A stretch of 64,000 bases of DNA from Leptogorgia sarmentosa (Eukaryota): the NCBI GenBank assembly GCA_964658305.1, contig OZ210885.1:19902001-19966000 (forward strand). Direction: 5' to 3'. The position numbers and the translations under genes are program-made. Under the pieces are notes generated by a model. It worked only from the letters and a program-made list of their open reading frames with translations. It had not been told where the DNA came from and searched no databases. This document shows, in pieces, positions 35,770 to 50,179 of this stretch. Numbering within the stretch: the first letter of the stretch is position 1; each line of letters begins with the position of its first letter.

Positions 35770-36371
35770 CTTGCTGGGCATATTATTGGGTGACAGCAGA
35801 TATGCCCTAAGATCATTCCTGATCACCCCCTACCTTGACCCTGTTCAACCCCATCAGAAGGTTTAACAAGGCACACAAGAAGACTAGATGTCTGGTGGAG
35901 CATGTCATTGGTACATGGAAGAGGAGATTTCATGTGTTACATTCAGAAATAAGGTAGGCTAGAACATAAGTTAGAGTACCAAAATTATTTGTTAGAGTAA
36001 AGATTAAAGTAAGCAAATAGTGGCATATTGCACATTGTGGTTAGGTCAATATAAACTCATTAATTAAGCAGCAATACACATGCAACCTACTTTATTCTTT
36101 TACTCTAATGCCATATTGAGTTTAATAATTGGCAAAGGTCATTGTGTGATAATTTGTATCATATTGGTTTAGGATGAGACCAGACAGAGTGTGCAGAATT
36201 ATCATGGCATGTGCAGTGCTACAAAACATTGCAGTTCATAGACAAGAGCCAGAGCCAGAAGGAGAAGAGGAGTTTCTTGAGTTGGTGGATGGGGACGATT
36301 ATATCGCAGCTGGAGAAGAACGTGTTGGTGTCACTGCCAGGGACTATATGGCACAAACATATTTTGCATAA
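35770..36371 (+). pseudogene. Harbinger (HARBI1-like) transposase, C-terminal exons
   Basis: [17 protein letters not shown]...[28 protein letters not shown], an intron, then MRPDRVCRIIMACAVLQNIA. Confidence 0.8.
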
Positions 36372-36568
36372 AAATATTATTCTTATGTAAACTTGTTTGT
36401 GCCATATACTTCAAACTGCCAAAGACATGTACCAATCAAATCCAACTGCAATCCTTCCCCTTCCATGACTGAATGAATAGCAGAACATTTGTGTGTGGTT
36501 TGTTAATAGCAGGTGGAGAATGATCAGTTGGAATTGACCTGTACATTGTTATGAAACTGAAGGGGCCC

Positions 36569-36751
36569 TTAAAAAATTGGTGAAACAGGACATGCAAATG
36601 GTTCCTCAACACTCTTAACCTTTTTTTCTAGTAGCTGCACTTGCAGCTCCAACTTTCTTCTCTTCAAGAGGAGATTTCCTGTTTCAATCTCCATCTTCTC
36701 TTTTTCTGCCTTCAAAACTGCAATATGCATCTCTTGCACATCAAGATTCAA
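36569..36751 (-). pseudogene. Coiled-coil C-terminus of the Harbinger Myb/SANT accessory gene
   Basis: VLKAEKEKMEIETGNLLLKRRKLELQVQLLE, convergent with the transposase. Confidence 0.5.
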
Positions 36752-37086
36752 GACGCATCTCGCCTTGCGTCTTAGGGCGCTTCCTTGGTGGTTTATTGGT
36801 CTTTCCTCGTGGATCTTCTATTACGATAGGTGCTTCAATGGATGACCCACTACTACCTATGAATATAGGATAACAAAATTTATTAAGATTAAGCTTAACT
36901 AATCAAACAGGATTTAAGTATTCACATTCAAAATCATCTATAATCGTAGAAATTTATCAATATGGGCTTGGTACTATCTTTATAGATATGTATCTATACG
37001 TCTACCAGTTTTATTACCATTATCGCCTATCATAGGCACAGGAACTTTGTCTGTTTGACCACAGCCCTCATCAATGTCACAGAATA

Positions 37087-40000
37087 CATACATACAGAGA
37101 TATAACTTGCATAAATTAATATGAAAAAACTCACGTACCCACTTTTTTTAACGCGGCCGGGCAAAAATGATCAACTGTGCATGCTCGGCAAGTTCCCCCC
37201 TGACAAACGATTTGAAAATGACGGCGTTGAGAATCAATCGACCGCGTGTAAAAAATAGCGTAAAAGAAGATGCTCTATACAAGTCGTTCAAGAATAAAGA
37301 TCGGTACCAAAGTTGTGCTACTTCTTTTTACAAATTTTCTGGCAATAATATATACACAGGAACAACATTGAAGGATGATCAGACGCGATATAAGTGCAAG
37401 CGATTCAAAGATATCGCTTTCGTAGGAGTGGAGGTGTTGAGCGTCATAATTTTCGAAGCAATGATTTGCGGTTTGTTGAAGTGGTTGTATTTTGAACTCA
37501 ATCTTACGAGAAGAACAGAAAATGATTGATAGAACTTAATGTTCACGAGAAAAAGGTGAAAATGGTTGATTTTAAAAATGTTTTTAAAAACAATGTTTAT
37601 ATACAGGACAGTGTCTGAGCACTCACCTAACTCTAAACTCTATTGCTTACAAGTGAGCTACTTTGAAGTATTTCCTGTTTTTGCCTTTTTCCTTTCCCTG
37701 CGCTATATCTCTATTACCAAATTTAAGGATGTAATGTAGCCGCATTCTAACAAACAGTTCAACCATGAACTGGCTTGGGAATTGCTTGCATTCTTGCACA
37801 TGGAACTTGGGAATAATTGTGATGAGTTGTTTGGCAATGCCAGGTTGGGAAAGAAGTTCAGGAAATGTTTTGATGAATATTTGTTCTGCCTTTGAAATGT
37901 ATTGTACGAGGGCTGGTGCAGGCACAGTTAGTCCCCCAAATTGTTGTTTGTTGGTGTCGTATGCCTTGAAGTAGCATAGCAATTCAAGTCTTGTTTGGTT
38001 AAAGCACCAGAACATGTGGCACAAGTATGTTTTTCCAAACATTTCTTTAACAGGTATCCAGAAACATATGTGATGGCATTCTTTGAGACCAGATTCTCCT
38101 CTATTGTAGCAGAATTATAGTCCACATCTGTGATCTCTGCAAATAGCATTGGCTGCACAGTGTTATCTTTCTCTTCTGAATCGATTTTGGTGTTCTTGAT
38201 AGCCTTGCTGTTCACCAATATGGTATCAAGATCAGGTGTGCAGTTGCCAGTACCCATCGGAAGATGGTAGTTGTTGAAAAATAACTTTCTGAATGCCTGG
38301 GTGAATTGTAGTGGAGTGGGATTGTCGCAATTACCACCCTGTTGTCGTATGGACCCAAAAAAGTTTTCTAATGGGTCTTGGTTGAGACGTCTAGTGCATA
38401 AAAATTTGACTTCACCTTGAATCGTCTTCCACAATTCCATAACGGAGGAAAGTGTTATCTGAAGTGCGACAAGGCATTTCAAGGATGCTGTAACATCCTT
38501 GTTTTTGGCTGGATTGATCACTCTTATTTTTTGACGAACTCCAGCTTTTCCTTCATTGTTTCCATGTGATTGGTTGGTTGCTCTTCTTGGGGGAGCTGAA
38601 GGTCGAGCTGTTTAAGCAATCAAAAATTTCATCAAATTGTGAGACAAATTCGGCTGTGCCAGAAGCTGATGCAGGGAGCAGACCACCACTGATTGCCATT
38701 AGCATTGCAGCTGCAACTCAGTGGCTCAAGACTTGAGTTGCCAACTTAACTTTTATCTTCATGAAACCATTCGGAGACATGTGTCTACTGGTCAATTTTG
38801 GACAGCTTCTTATTGCATTTTTGCTGTCAATCTTGTAAAGAGCAGTGAGATCATTCCAACAGGCCACCTTCTCATCAAACTGAAAGTTGTAATTCATCAG
38901 GTTGTTTCTGATGGCTTTTATGTGTGGAGGGTCAAAGATGTATAGGATCTTCTTGCCGTTGTGCATGAACCAAGGGTTGGCAGGTGTTATGCCCATTTCA
39001 CGAACAAACTTTTGAATGTTTGATCCGATATCCGAAACGACCCCCAGAACATTTAGACCAATGTTCTCTAATTTTTCAATGGCATCTGTGAGCTTCTCCT
39101 TCACTGTATCGCTGCCACACGATTCGTTTACGAGGAAGTATGCAAGGCGCTGCTTCCAGTTTTCGATAATGCCACGGGGCATGAGGTTGTCTTTATCCAA
39201 TGACTTTATCCTTGCTACAATCATAAAACAAGTGGGACTTCAGAGAAATTTCATCCATTGATACTACACACATCTTCCCTGTTGAGCTCAGTGTGTCAAC
39301 TTTGGTGGAGATGATGTCAATTGAATGTTGGGTTAGTCCAGCACTGTTGGGCATTCTGGAAATCCATTTCAAGATGCTTGACTTTGATGGTAGGCAGAAG
39401 AGTTTTGAAACCATTTTGTATGATTTTCCACTCAGGTGATACAGAGACAAAGCAAATGACTTTGTTTGATCACTGTACCTTCGACCATTTTTCCCTAATA
39501 AAACAAGATTAATACATGCAGAATCTATAAACTTTCACCTTCCCTCCAAAGCCATGTACAAACCAAGTGAAATGTGATAATATAATCCTGCATTTTTTAC
39601 CTTTGCGGAGTGAAGATCGATTTGTGATTCTTCAAATTTTACAATCTTTGCAGGCAAAATTGTTCCCAATACTGCAATTGCCTGTTCAACTGGCATTCTT
39701 GTTTGCTGCTTTTTTTTGTTGATGGATTTCAATCGCTTCAGTCGTTGTTTTTGAGTGTTTATTATCTTCCTTAGCCTTTGTTTTCTTGGTGTATTTGATG
39801 ACAGCACTTTATTTGTCTGGCTACACATAGAATGACTTTCAAGTTGTTCTAGAATGAATGTTAAAAATTAGATTGGCAAATTATTATTACAGTCATAAAT
39901 AATGGTTGTCTTTTTCTATTTAGATATAAAATACCTCCATCTGGAATTGAAAGGGTGGGTGTTCTAACCATGATGCTGTCATGTTGATTTGTTTCTTCAC

Positions 40001-41143
40001 TCTCACACCCTGCATTGCAAAAATATGTAGTTGCCACACAGGACTGATTGGTATGTGTTATAAATAATAGTTGTTTTTTTCTATTTAGATATAAAATACC
40101 TTCATCTGGAATGGTAAGGGTGGGTGTTCCAACCATGATGCTGTCATGTTGATTTGTTTCTTCACTCCCACACCCTGCATTGCAAAATTATTCAGTTTTA
40201 TTAGAAAAATCTACATGATTCCTCTTGGATAATACCATCTGTAGTGGCTCATTTTTTATGCGAAATATAGCTGGTACATCAGTGGTTTTATCTGTATCTT
40301 TTGTTACCTATATGTTCCTCAGGGCCAAGTATGGATGAATTTAAAGGACTATAGTCATTCCGGCATGATATTTTTTTTGCCTTTCTACTGCTATTTCACA
40401 ATCTAAAGAGGAATAACACAAAAATTGGCATGACAGTTAATGTTGAAATTGGGTTGGCAAGCACCTGGACTGGTTACAAAATAGATTTGTAAATAGTTGT
40501 ATTTTGGTTCACCTTCAAATAGTTTCCCATTTTACACCTGTCTTCCTATTGCAGGGAAATATTGTAGGTACCGCTTTGTCTTGAAGCCTTCTTTTGGACA
40601 TAAGACGTAAACATGAATAGTCAAAATGTATTTCACACAATTTGCAGTTGTTGTATAGATAGTCCGTATATTTCGTTAGCAGGTCTACACGTTGGCAATT
40701 TATCGCCCATTGTTGTGACCTTTAACATATGTAAAAAAAGATATATCAATAAAAAACTTAGCTGGCTCAAACCACAAGTCAAGGAACTGAATAAGCATCA
40801 TGAAAATAATAGAAAAATGCCAAAAATACATCGTAAAATTAGCTGCTTTCGTCAGCTTACCTGGCTGCTTCTTTAGGAAAGCGAAAAAATCGCAGGTTTG
40901 GATCACACCGCTTGTTGTGACCGCAATTGAGAGCCTAACACCACGTAGTTCCGCTTTTTCCCCCTTGTTTTTGAGCCATTTAAATCAAATTTTCCCCTTT
41001 TGTTTACATTTTAAATGCGCGTTTAAATGCTGATTGCTATTTAAATCCCGCGTTTGCCCGCCCACTTTGCATTATTTGTTTTCTATCGCGACTTCCGGTT
41101 GGAGTTGAGTCAGTGCGCAACAGAATCATAGAGTTATTCTGTG
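37087..41143 (-). mobile_element. P-element (THAP9-like) transposon, decayed; ends approximate
   Basis: THAP remnants at 40540-40980 (LNCGHN...FFRFPK; CKLCEIHF...AVPTIF). Transposase pieces: [73 protein letters not shown] and YVSGYL (37647-39828). Confidence 0.85.
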
Positions 41144-43674
41144 CTAGAATATGATCTATCCTCGATGTTAAAGTTTAAATCCGGGCGTCTAAAGCCCTCT
41201 AACTTAGTTAATATCCTGGTTTAAATATCCAGAAAAAAAATTATGTGCTATTGAAGGTAATGATCTTTTTAAAGCCATTCCATTATTGCATAATAATATA
41301 TACGGGTCTATTTGTTGGATACAATGTATTATGAGGCAGATTGAGAAGTGGAATTTCTCTGCATCACAGAAAAAGCATGGTATATGCATTATACCACAAT
41401 ACAAACCTACCTACCAGTACCATAGGTTAAACATAATTGGGAAAATTTTGAGTTAATGTTACATTTGCTAGGTAAAAACAATCATGGAAAATAATCAGTA
41501 TTGATACATTTAATAAAGTAATTGCCTGAGGTCGAGTTGATTAACAGCAACTCATTTGTTTAGAACTTATTCTGGTGTATTTTGGGGGAACTTTCTTTTT
41601 TGTGTATTGACCATTGTAAAATTATACTAAGTCATGTTTAATATAGATTATCCCAATCTATAGAGGAACATTAACTTACCATCTGAAGAGATGAAGATTT
41701 TTTCACTGGGAAAAGCGATTAATTTTATTTGTGATATGATAGTAATTCAAATTTTATTGTGATTCACAGGTGTCTACAAAAAATTATGTATATCACAGGC
41801 AGATTTTTGTGGTTGAGAAAAGTTTTAATTAAAAATATAAAATAATACATTTATAGTACAATATATATTCACAACTGGTACCATAGTTGGTGAAATTGCT
41901 CAGTAAGTCTGATGAGACCATGTCCAGTGGGTAACAAGCAAACCGGCAAGTCGAAATGTCAAACAGTCCTTGAAGGCCCTAGGCAACAATGTTGCAGCTT
42001 GGCAAATAGTGGGATGGTCCAGCAAGGGATCTGGTTCAGTAGTTAACATTGTTTGGCAAGTTCTCAACAGCTGGGAATAACCTTGCTTAAACACTACAAT
42101 ACCCACACCAAACATTTTAAACATCTTTTCATTCTTTGGAATAATCATAGAGTACCCTGCCAATTTGGTTAAATGTTCTACACATTTCTCGTTCTCCCAA
42201 ACTCGCACTCGTGTTTACCTAACTCGATGTAAACATGGAAAATGTTTTCTATTCCTTAAATGTATATACTCTGTGTCAATGTCATGATATAAATCATGAT
42301 AGTCCTCATGATCACTGTCATAATGGGACAGTGTTGAATGGGTATTATCCCTATTATCACTGGTATCAGCTAAGAAAAAAAAAATTGTATGAGCATGTTG
42401 ACTATGCTTTGACGTTGTTCAAAATTTGCATGGTTCCGATTGGTTTTGGTTCGATATTTTCAACACAAGACGGAGGGGATATAATTATTGTAAATTTCCG
42501 GTGTGTGTGATCCAGTATAAATTTGCAATGGCCGGCAATTTTTTGGCGGGAAAATTAAAATTCAACATTTGAGGGATAAATAAACAACACTATTTAATTT
42601 ATCGTCTTAAAAATTATTGCAAGAATACCAATGCTAAGTTATATAAATTAACTGAAAAGTGCACAAATAAGAAATTGCTATAAACTTACCTAAAGATGGG
42701 GATTCTGACTCAAAACCACCTTGTATTCCAGAAAAAGAAGGCTCATCACCCAAAAGACTACTTATTTTTGCAGTAGTGCTTGTTGGTGGCTTTTCTGCTG
42801 GCCCCCCACCAGTTTTTCTCCGAGACTTCAGAAGACCAGAGTAAAAGTCCCCCCAGTTTGTTGGGCAAACAAGGCCAGTCGGGCAATATTCGCCTCACAG
42901 TCGGGTAAATGATTGTCATACACTAGGGTGATTAAAGGTGTATTATGAAAATAAGTCTTCTCAATATTGACAATATTGCTCATTTTTAGACTTTGTATGT
43001 GGTGTTTCACGTGCATTTTTCCTGATCGGAAGTAAATATGGGGCAGTTTATACACTGTCCCATATTTTACTTCCGGTCTGGAAAAACGCATGTGAAACGC
43101 AACGATTAAAATTAGTCTGAGCTTGACATTTTACATGTTTACAATTTTTCTTTACCATTTGATTGTTGAGTTTAGCAAAACATATAACTGATTACAACAG
43201 TATAGGCAGGTAGGTCGTACGTAAGCAAATACTTAAATATATGAATAATAATATGATTGATTATATTTTATATATACATGCTAAAATATAATGAAATATA
43301 AAAACTGAGCGACATCGTTGTGTACTTGTGTAATTGTGCATCATGACTTCCTGGATTTAATATAAACCGTGAAGAATACGATTTTCCATTATATCCAAAT
43401 TTGCACCGTAATATTTAGGTTTACTTTTGCGTATATGACTCGATAAAATTAGCTTATACATCGAAAGACATACATTACAGTATGTCTTTGTTGTATTTAA
43501 GGCAATGCCTACACGACATTTCCTGTGGCGTTCTGCGGAGAATACAGCTAAGAGAGTTGTTTTAATTTTAAAAAACATGTTCGCCTTTGTTTAATTTTGG
43601 ATATTTACCGTATATTACGAGCGATTCAGGCAAAAAAATTTGAAATATATTATAGTAATCAAACTAGTCAATAT

Positions 43675-43790
43675 TTAACAATTATTCGCCTAAGGCGAGG
43701 TGATTATCGGGGAATATTCGCCGAGACGAAGTCGAGGTGAATATTCCCCGATAATCACAGAGCATGAGGCGAATAATTGTTTTAGTATTT
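43675..43790. repeat. Crypton-associated palindromic terminal motif
   Basis: Hairpin aacaattattcgcc...gattatcggggaatattc-gccgagacgaagtcgaggt-gaatattccccgataatc...ggcgaataattgtt. It has the same architecture as the hairpins at 4666 and 5838. Confidence 0.5.
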
Positions 43791-44090
43791 TTGCAAGTTT
43801 TTTTGTGTTTTTCTGGTCTGAATTCATTTTATTTTACCGTGGCGAACATCCGCAGGAGACCACAAAAGGTGCCCTGTTACATTAACTGGTTAACCCGTAC
43901 CTCGTCGTTCGTTTAACTTTACTAACTTTTACGCAATATGCACTAGTACGCAGTAGTAGACTTGTATAGTTAGCACTTTTCCATGCATGCTCTACATTTG
44001 ATTTCAGGATTCTCAGATCTTAACGAGTTTCAGTCATCACCGAAGATCACTTTAACCAGTATCTTAAACTAGTCATGTAACTGTCTTAAT

Positions 44091-46798
44091 ATGTCATCTA
44101 CACCTTGTACTCATAAACGACGTTATCGTCAGTATCGAATAAAATGCGACGAGTGCCAGAGCGAAATGAACACAGACTACCAAGATATTCATACGAAAAA
44201 TGCACACAACGGCAAGAAAATCAAGTTCAGTCCAGTGGTAGACCCTTCACAGAATCAGTTACACAGTTTTTTCACAAGAACAGGCACATCGACGCGTGGA
44301 AGTGACGTCAGCGAGGATACTGTTGAGGAAGACAGTAATCATTTCTCCAAAGACTGCACTGCTTTACCAGAGAAGTCTATCGAGATCCAATCGATATCCC
44401 ACCCAAGTGTAATTCACAAGGCAGTCACAGAGCTTAGAGACAAACCCAAAACAAGCAATGCAAACATAGACCAGGACCAAGCCAGACAACCGGATGTATT
44501 AGCAACAGAACAGCAACAGCAACAGCAACGGATTGACGATTTAAACATCCTTGACCAAGAAATGGTTTGTGTACCACCTGCGGGAACAAGTATGGTGTCC
44601 GGCAATCCTGACACTGATAATTTTAAGTTTGAGAGTGACATAACTGAAAGACCACTTGTGTTTAACACCGATACATCGTGTTAAAAGACCACTTGTGTTT
44701 AGCACCGATACATCGTCAAGTAGCTACAGCTACTTCCACAGCTACCTCCAGGGCGCCAAATCATCCAATTCAATCAAAATATCCAACGAGAACATTTGGA
44801 AATGAAACCTTCACACGAAAATTCAATACCGAATGGTACAAGAAATATCCATGGATAAGCTATGAAACTAAAGAAGACAAGTGTGTATGCTTTCCTTGTA
44901 GAGAATTTGAAAAGGACGATTCGTTTGTGTTTAACAATTGGAGGAAGCCAGAGAAATTTCCATGGGAAATCTCAGAAGCATATCACGTCGATGACCAAGT
45001 GGGCATTGGCTAAGGCCAACCACAAGATGAATACATCTGTTCTAAAGCAAATAGACAGTGCTCATAAGCAATATGTTTTCAGCAATCGACAATACCTCCA
45101 AGTAATAATCGAGTGTCTGATGTATAACGTTCAGCAAAACGTTGCTATAAGAGGACATGAGGAAGATAGAAAACATATTTGGGAGGTCTCAGATATTAAC
45201 AGAGGGAATTTCCTTGAGCAGCTTCATTTTAGATGCAAGGATTTGCCATGGCTAAAAACAAAGCTCCAAACTCATCATGAAGAGCATATCCAGTGGACAT
45301 TGCCAAAAGTACAGAACGAGTGTCGAGCTTTGTGCTACAGAGGATTACATGTGATGTCCAAAGCTGTGGCCATTACAGTGTCATTGTTGATGAGACATCA
45401 GACATAAGCAGAACGGAGCAAGTATCTCTTTGTCTTCGATACGTCGTCGAAGGAGAAACACGAGAGACATTTGCCGGATTTTTTGCGACTGAATCAACCG
45501 AAGGTGAGGTCCTATATGAGCTCGTGAAGGAATCGATCACAAACCTCAACTTGCTGTTAACCGATATTGTTGGAGAATGCTTTGATGGTGCGGCGAATAT
45601 GAGTGGCTGTCATAAGGGCATAGCATCGCAAATGAAAGAATGTTCACCAATTGCTCTATATGTCCATAGCTATGCTCACCGTCTTAACCTCGCTCTTCAG
45701 GATACAATGACCAGTATCGAGCCAATTAGTAACGCTCTTGGGACAATACAGAGTCTGTATAATCTTATCGAAGCAAGCCCAAAGCGCCACAGTATATTTC
45801 AGAACATCCAGGTGGAAGAAGAACATTCCGATCTAACCCTCAAATCCATAAGTGTGACCAGGTGGTCGTGTCGCTGGCAGGCAGTTAAGGCAGTGTTTGA
45901 GCAAATGCCAAGAATTATTAGAGCTTTGCTTAGTTTGTCGTCGGATCGTGATGTGAAGACGTATACTGATAGCAATAACCTGCTTAATGCAATTTGTGAT
46001 TTTAAATTTGTATTTGGTTTAGTAGTGCTCAGAGTAAACCTTTCCAACACTGATAGCCTTAGTAAATATCTGCAAGGCAAGAATGTTGATGTGATCACCG
46101 CTAAGGAGACTGCCGACGGTACAATGGAAGCATTGACCAAGTGCCGGAATGAAGAATCTTTCCAGATGGCATGGTCCAGAGCTAAGATTCTGTCGCAAAC
46201 GATAAAAAGGGAAATTAATGGAACCACGTTTTCCTTTAAAGATGCCACAGCACCAAGATGCAGACAGCCATCGCGCCGGTTACAGGCTCTTGTTGGAGAA
46301 CAATTCAGCGATGGCTTACCATCACAACCAAGCGCCGAAAGTCATTACCGCATCACAACGTATTACCCAACATTCGATAAAGTTCTCCTCGAGATGAAAT
46401 CACGATTTCAGAGTCATGATCAAGACATCTTATGCACCCTGGCTGAAGTTGTTTCTAAGACTAATACTTCAACAGAAAGTCTAACATTGGTCTCTTCTTT
46501 CTACGGATTAGACATGGAGATACTTACAGCTGAAAAAGAAATTTTCCAGAATTTTTTGAAGAACCCAGCAGAGATAAAACACGCGTCTTCCGTCATCAAA
46601 TTCATGTTTCAAAATGGGCTTCATGAAGTTTTACCAGTGCTCTATAAGGTGTGTTCAATTTTGACAACAATTCCAGCCACATCATGCTCAGCCGAAAGAT
46701 CTTTCAGTGATTTATGCAGCATAAAGACCTACCTTTGCTCCACGATGCGCCAAGACCGTTTGAGCAGCCTAGCACTTATTAACATTACCTCTGGATAA
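44091..46798 (+). pseudogene. hAT transposase (ZMYM1/DUF4371-like with TTF zinc finger and hATC dimerisation domain), frameshifted
   Basis: FNTEWYKKYPWISY...CFPC, AIRGHEE...GNFLE, VDETSDISRTEQVS, CFDGAANMSG, HRLNLAL, TRWS and IPATSCSAERSFS. The right TIR ...gtacgcccatg ends at 47078. Confidence 0.9.
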
Positions 46799-47078
46799 CA
46801 TTTTCAGTTAAACTTTAGTTAGTAAGTCTTTAATATACTGTAAGCCCAATGATATCTTAGACGATGTGGACTTGTCGTTGTTGTCTATGACAACTTTACT
46901 TATAATCACGGATATATATATTACATGATAAATTAACTTGTGAATGTATTATGTATACGTATTAATTAAATTTAATGCGAATATGAGTATCAATTACAAA
47001 ATAAAAGTCGGGCAATTTTCTAGATAGCCGGGCAAATTGCCGATCGCCCCCTGAAAAATGTTGGCCGGTACGCCCATG

Positions 47079-47318
47079 CATGTTATGCCACTTTTCCCTG
47101 ACTTCTGCAGGCGTTCTCTTTTCATAACCTAAGCCATTAATATTGCTTGCAATCGTTTCCCACAGTTGTTGCTTCTTGGCATTTGTTATTGTGCTTGAAA
47201 ATTGGCCACGCAATGTGCCTAAATTCCTTTCAACCATGTCTACCAGAAGATTGCATTCGGCTGAAGTGAAATTTTGCTTTCTTTTTTTTCCTTGTCTCTT
47301 CTCAGACTGGGCAGACAT
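47079..47318 (-). pseudogene. Myb/SANT-like DNA-binding domain (Harbinger accessory gene N-terminus), cut by the hAT insertion
   Basis: KRKQNFTSAECNLLVDMV...KKQQLWETIASNIN...RTPAEVREKWHNM stops exactly at the hAT TIR. Confidence 0.8.
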
Positions 47319-49571
47319 TTTGAAATTTTTGTATACAGATATATTGTAGCAATGTTGATATATGGGAAAGTGGCATAACATGACCCAACTAAAAGTAGTG
47401 TAGCTACAAGTTGTGTGGTGGTATAAATTGCATTGAATATCATCAAATATGAAAATAACACAAATTATACATGTCAATTTATATAAATTTTTAATCATGT
47501 AAATTATTTACATAGTATTTACTATTTTTTGGATGGTAAAGGCACAGTGACACGAGGCAATTTTTGCTGCAACTTGCAATGACATTTTAGAGCTAGAGTG
47601 ATGTTATCCAAAAATTATGTTCACAGAGAAATTCTGAACTGATATTTGATTGATGCTGATATTTTTCTTGGTAGACATGTCTAACGGGCAACAACAATGT
47701 GAATAACAATGCTAGCTTTGGTAAAGACAAACGCGGGCCATATTCACAGTGTTTCTGTGTGAACATGTTCATGTAACATCTCCCTGTGCAAAAATTGATG
47801 GCTCGTATAACAGCACCTAAATTACTTACTTAGTAATTACTTAGCTACTAGAATTGAAAGCCCGATATTCACAGCTTTAAGTAACTATTATCCACAGCTT
47901 TTCAAAAAGCATTGGGAAGTAGGGACCATTACCCTCCTCCCAAGGATCCGCCTCTGATATCTAAGTCAGGTTTAATAGTTTACTAGCTGTAAAGGTACCA
48001 AAGGCATAAATTCTAGGACCTTCTAATAAGAGAATAGGTACTGTACATATTGTAATAAATTAGGTAACTGAAACTCATCTTATTAATAGAGGAGATAAAA
48101 CAACATCCCATATTAGTGAATAGTGATATTAAACTCTTCGTTGAATTCTTCCAAGATGGTAGAAATAATCCCAAACTGAATAGCAGGTTAAAATAATAGC
48201 ATCATTCATTTTAAGCAGATAAATTATATCGCTCCACTTTAATAAATGTGACTGTGTGATTAGCAGATCCAGTTACTTTTCATCCAACATTGAAATTGGA
48301 CCGATTCAGCTATTTCATCATCCAATTTTATAAGTTTTAAAGTTGAAACATACAAACCATGGAGTTCATACACAATAGTATGCAAAATATCTAAAAGGAT
48401 TGCTTTTCATCGCAATATTAAGCCATTTATGAAGAGTATTCATTCCAATCGTTCGCCATTAAAATTGTTTTCAAGACAAAATCGAGCCCACAATTAAGTT
48501 TAAATTTGCTTAATGCATGTCAGCGGTCAATTATAAACGTTATAATTTATGTTAATTTATGTTAACTACCCCACGCGAACACCACACACAGTTAACTAGG
48601 TGATTAGTTAACTGTCCGACTAACCACGTTTTGTGCAACGCAGTTAAGTCATGTAGTTAGCTAATCGTAGTTAAGGATTTAACTATGCTAGTTAACGCTA
48701 ACTATAGTTAACACCTTCGTTCACCATACTTACCCGTTTGGATGGTAAGGTGTTAGCCCGGATGACCGAGGGGTGGCCTGGGGCGAATGTTGTTACTTGG
48801 ACTCGGGTTAAGATCCGTGCCAGTGGTATCTTAAGCTGACCACCAAGGGTGATGACAATACATCACCCCTCCAAGGAACAGTCCGGAGACTTTGGTATTA
48901 CGCACAAAACACACTATGAGCTACAGACGTGATCCCTTCTTTACTCACTACGTTCGCCCGAAGGAAAAACATTTTCCTTCTACATTCGCTATATCAATGA
49001 CACACACAACATATAGATGCTAGGCGACGTGTGAGCACTTGCCTACCCTGCTGATAGTACAAAGAAAGGGCTGAGCCGTTTCGAGCATTTGCAAAGCCCC
49101 TTGTACGTCTTGTTGATGCAATAGCTCCGTACTATCTTCGATTGAAGTTTGTAACTCGGCGTTAAAAAGAAACTGATCCTTGTTGCCAGCAAGCTTGAGT
49201 TGTTGACCTGTAGTCTGCCGTTCGGCATGCTTGGCCTTGCTGTCAGCCTTTGCCGTGAGCCTTTGTAGTGATCAGATTGGAAACCTTTTGGTGGAGATAT
49301 ACTTTGAGTCGTTCGAAAACTTGTTTGGTAAGGTTTGCTTGGTCACTAGCAGCCAGCGTTGTTTGTTCTCTACCGGTAGCCTCCAGATCTGACATGGCCT
49401 CTTACTGTGAGGCTGTTTGTGCTACACATGATGGCGCTACAGTATTTTCCCCCATATTTATATTGCTATGCAAATTCGTCTGTACTAATTTGCATCCCGA
49501 TTGTTACGCTACTTCCGCAGGAAAATTCATTTCAAATAAGGTAATGTTCATACAATAGTGAGTTATGGATC

Positions 49572-50178
49572 GTTATTAACGTTACCCAACTATGGTAAAT
49601 TCCGTCCCATAGCGGACTGCAGCACATTAGCATTATCAGACTATGGGAAATTCCGTACCATAGCAAGATAATCGAACGATAGCGTTATCAGACTAAGATT
49701 TCGTACCAGAGCGACCTGTGGAGCATTAGCATTATCCGACTATGGCAACTTTGTACCATAGCGAGCTGTGGCACATTAGCGTTAGCCAACAACGGTAAAT
49801 TCCGTACCCTGCCGAGCTATAGAACATTAGCGTTATCCAACCACGGTAAATTTCGTACCATTGCGAACTGTAGAACATTAGCGTTATCCAACTACGGTAA
49901 CTTTCGTACCATAGCAAACTGTGGCACATTAGCGTTATCCAACTACAGTAAATTTCGTACCATAGCGAACTGTGGCAAATTAGCGTTTATCCAACTATGG
50001 TAAAATTTTGTAGCATCGTGACCAGTAGAGCATTAGTGTTATCCAACTATGCTAAATTTCGTGCCATAGCGAACTGTAAGACATTAGCATTATCCGACTA
50101 TGGTGAATTTCGTACCATAGCGAACTCTGGAACACTTGCAAGGCGTTACCCAACTGTGGTAAATTTTGTACCATAGCG
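49572..50178. repeat. Minisatellite of about 12 diverged copies of a 51-bp unit
   Basis: Consensus cattagcgttatccaactacggtaaatttcgtaccatagcgaactgtggca, head-to-tail with no unique spacers. Confidence 0.85.
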
Positions 50179-50179
50179 G

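Noticed and set aside
41150..43670. Short ORFs and possible exons between the P and hAT elements
   Set aside because: No coherent gene model or motif could be built. The same applies to 14900-16400.
49572..50178. CRISPR-like array
   Set aside because: Units are homologous along their whole length with no unique spacers, the context is eukaryotic and no cas genes are present.
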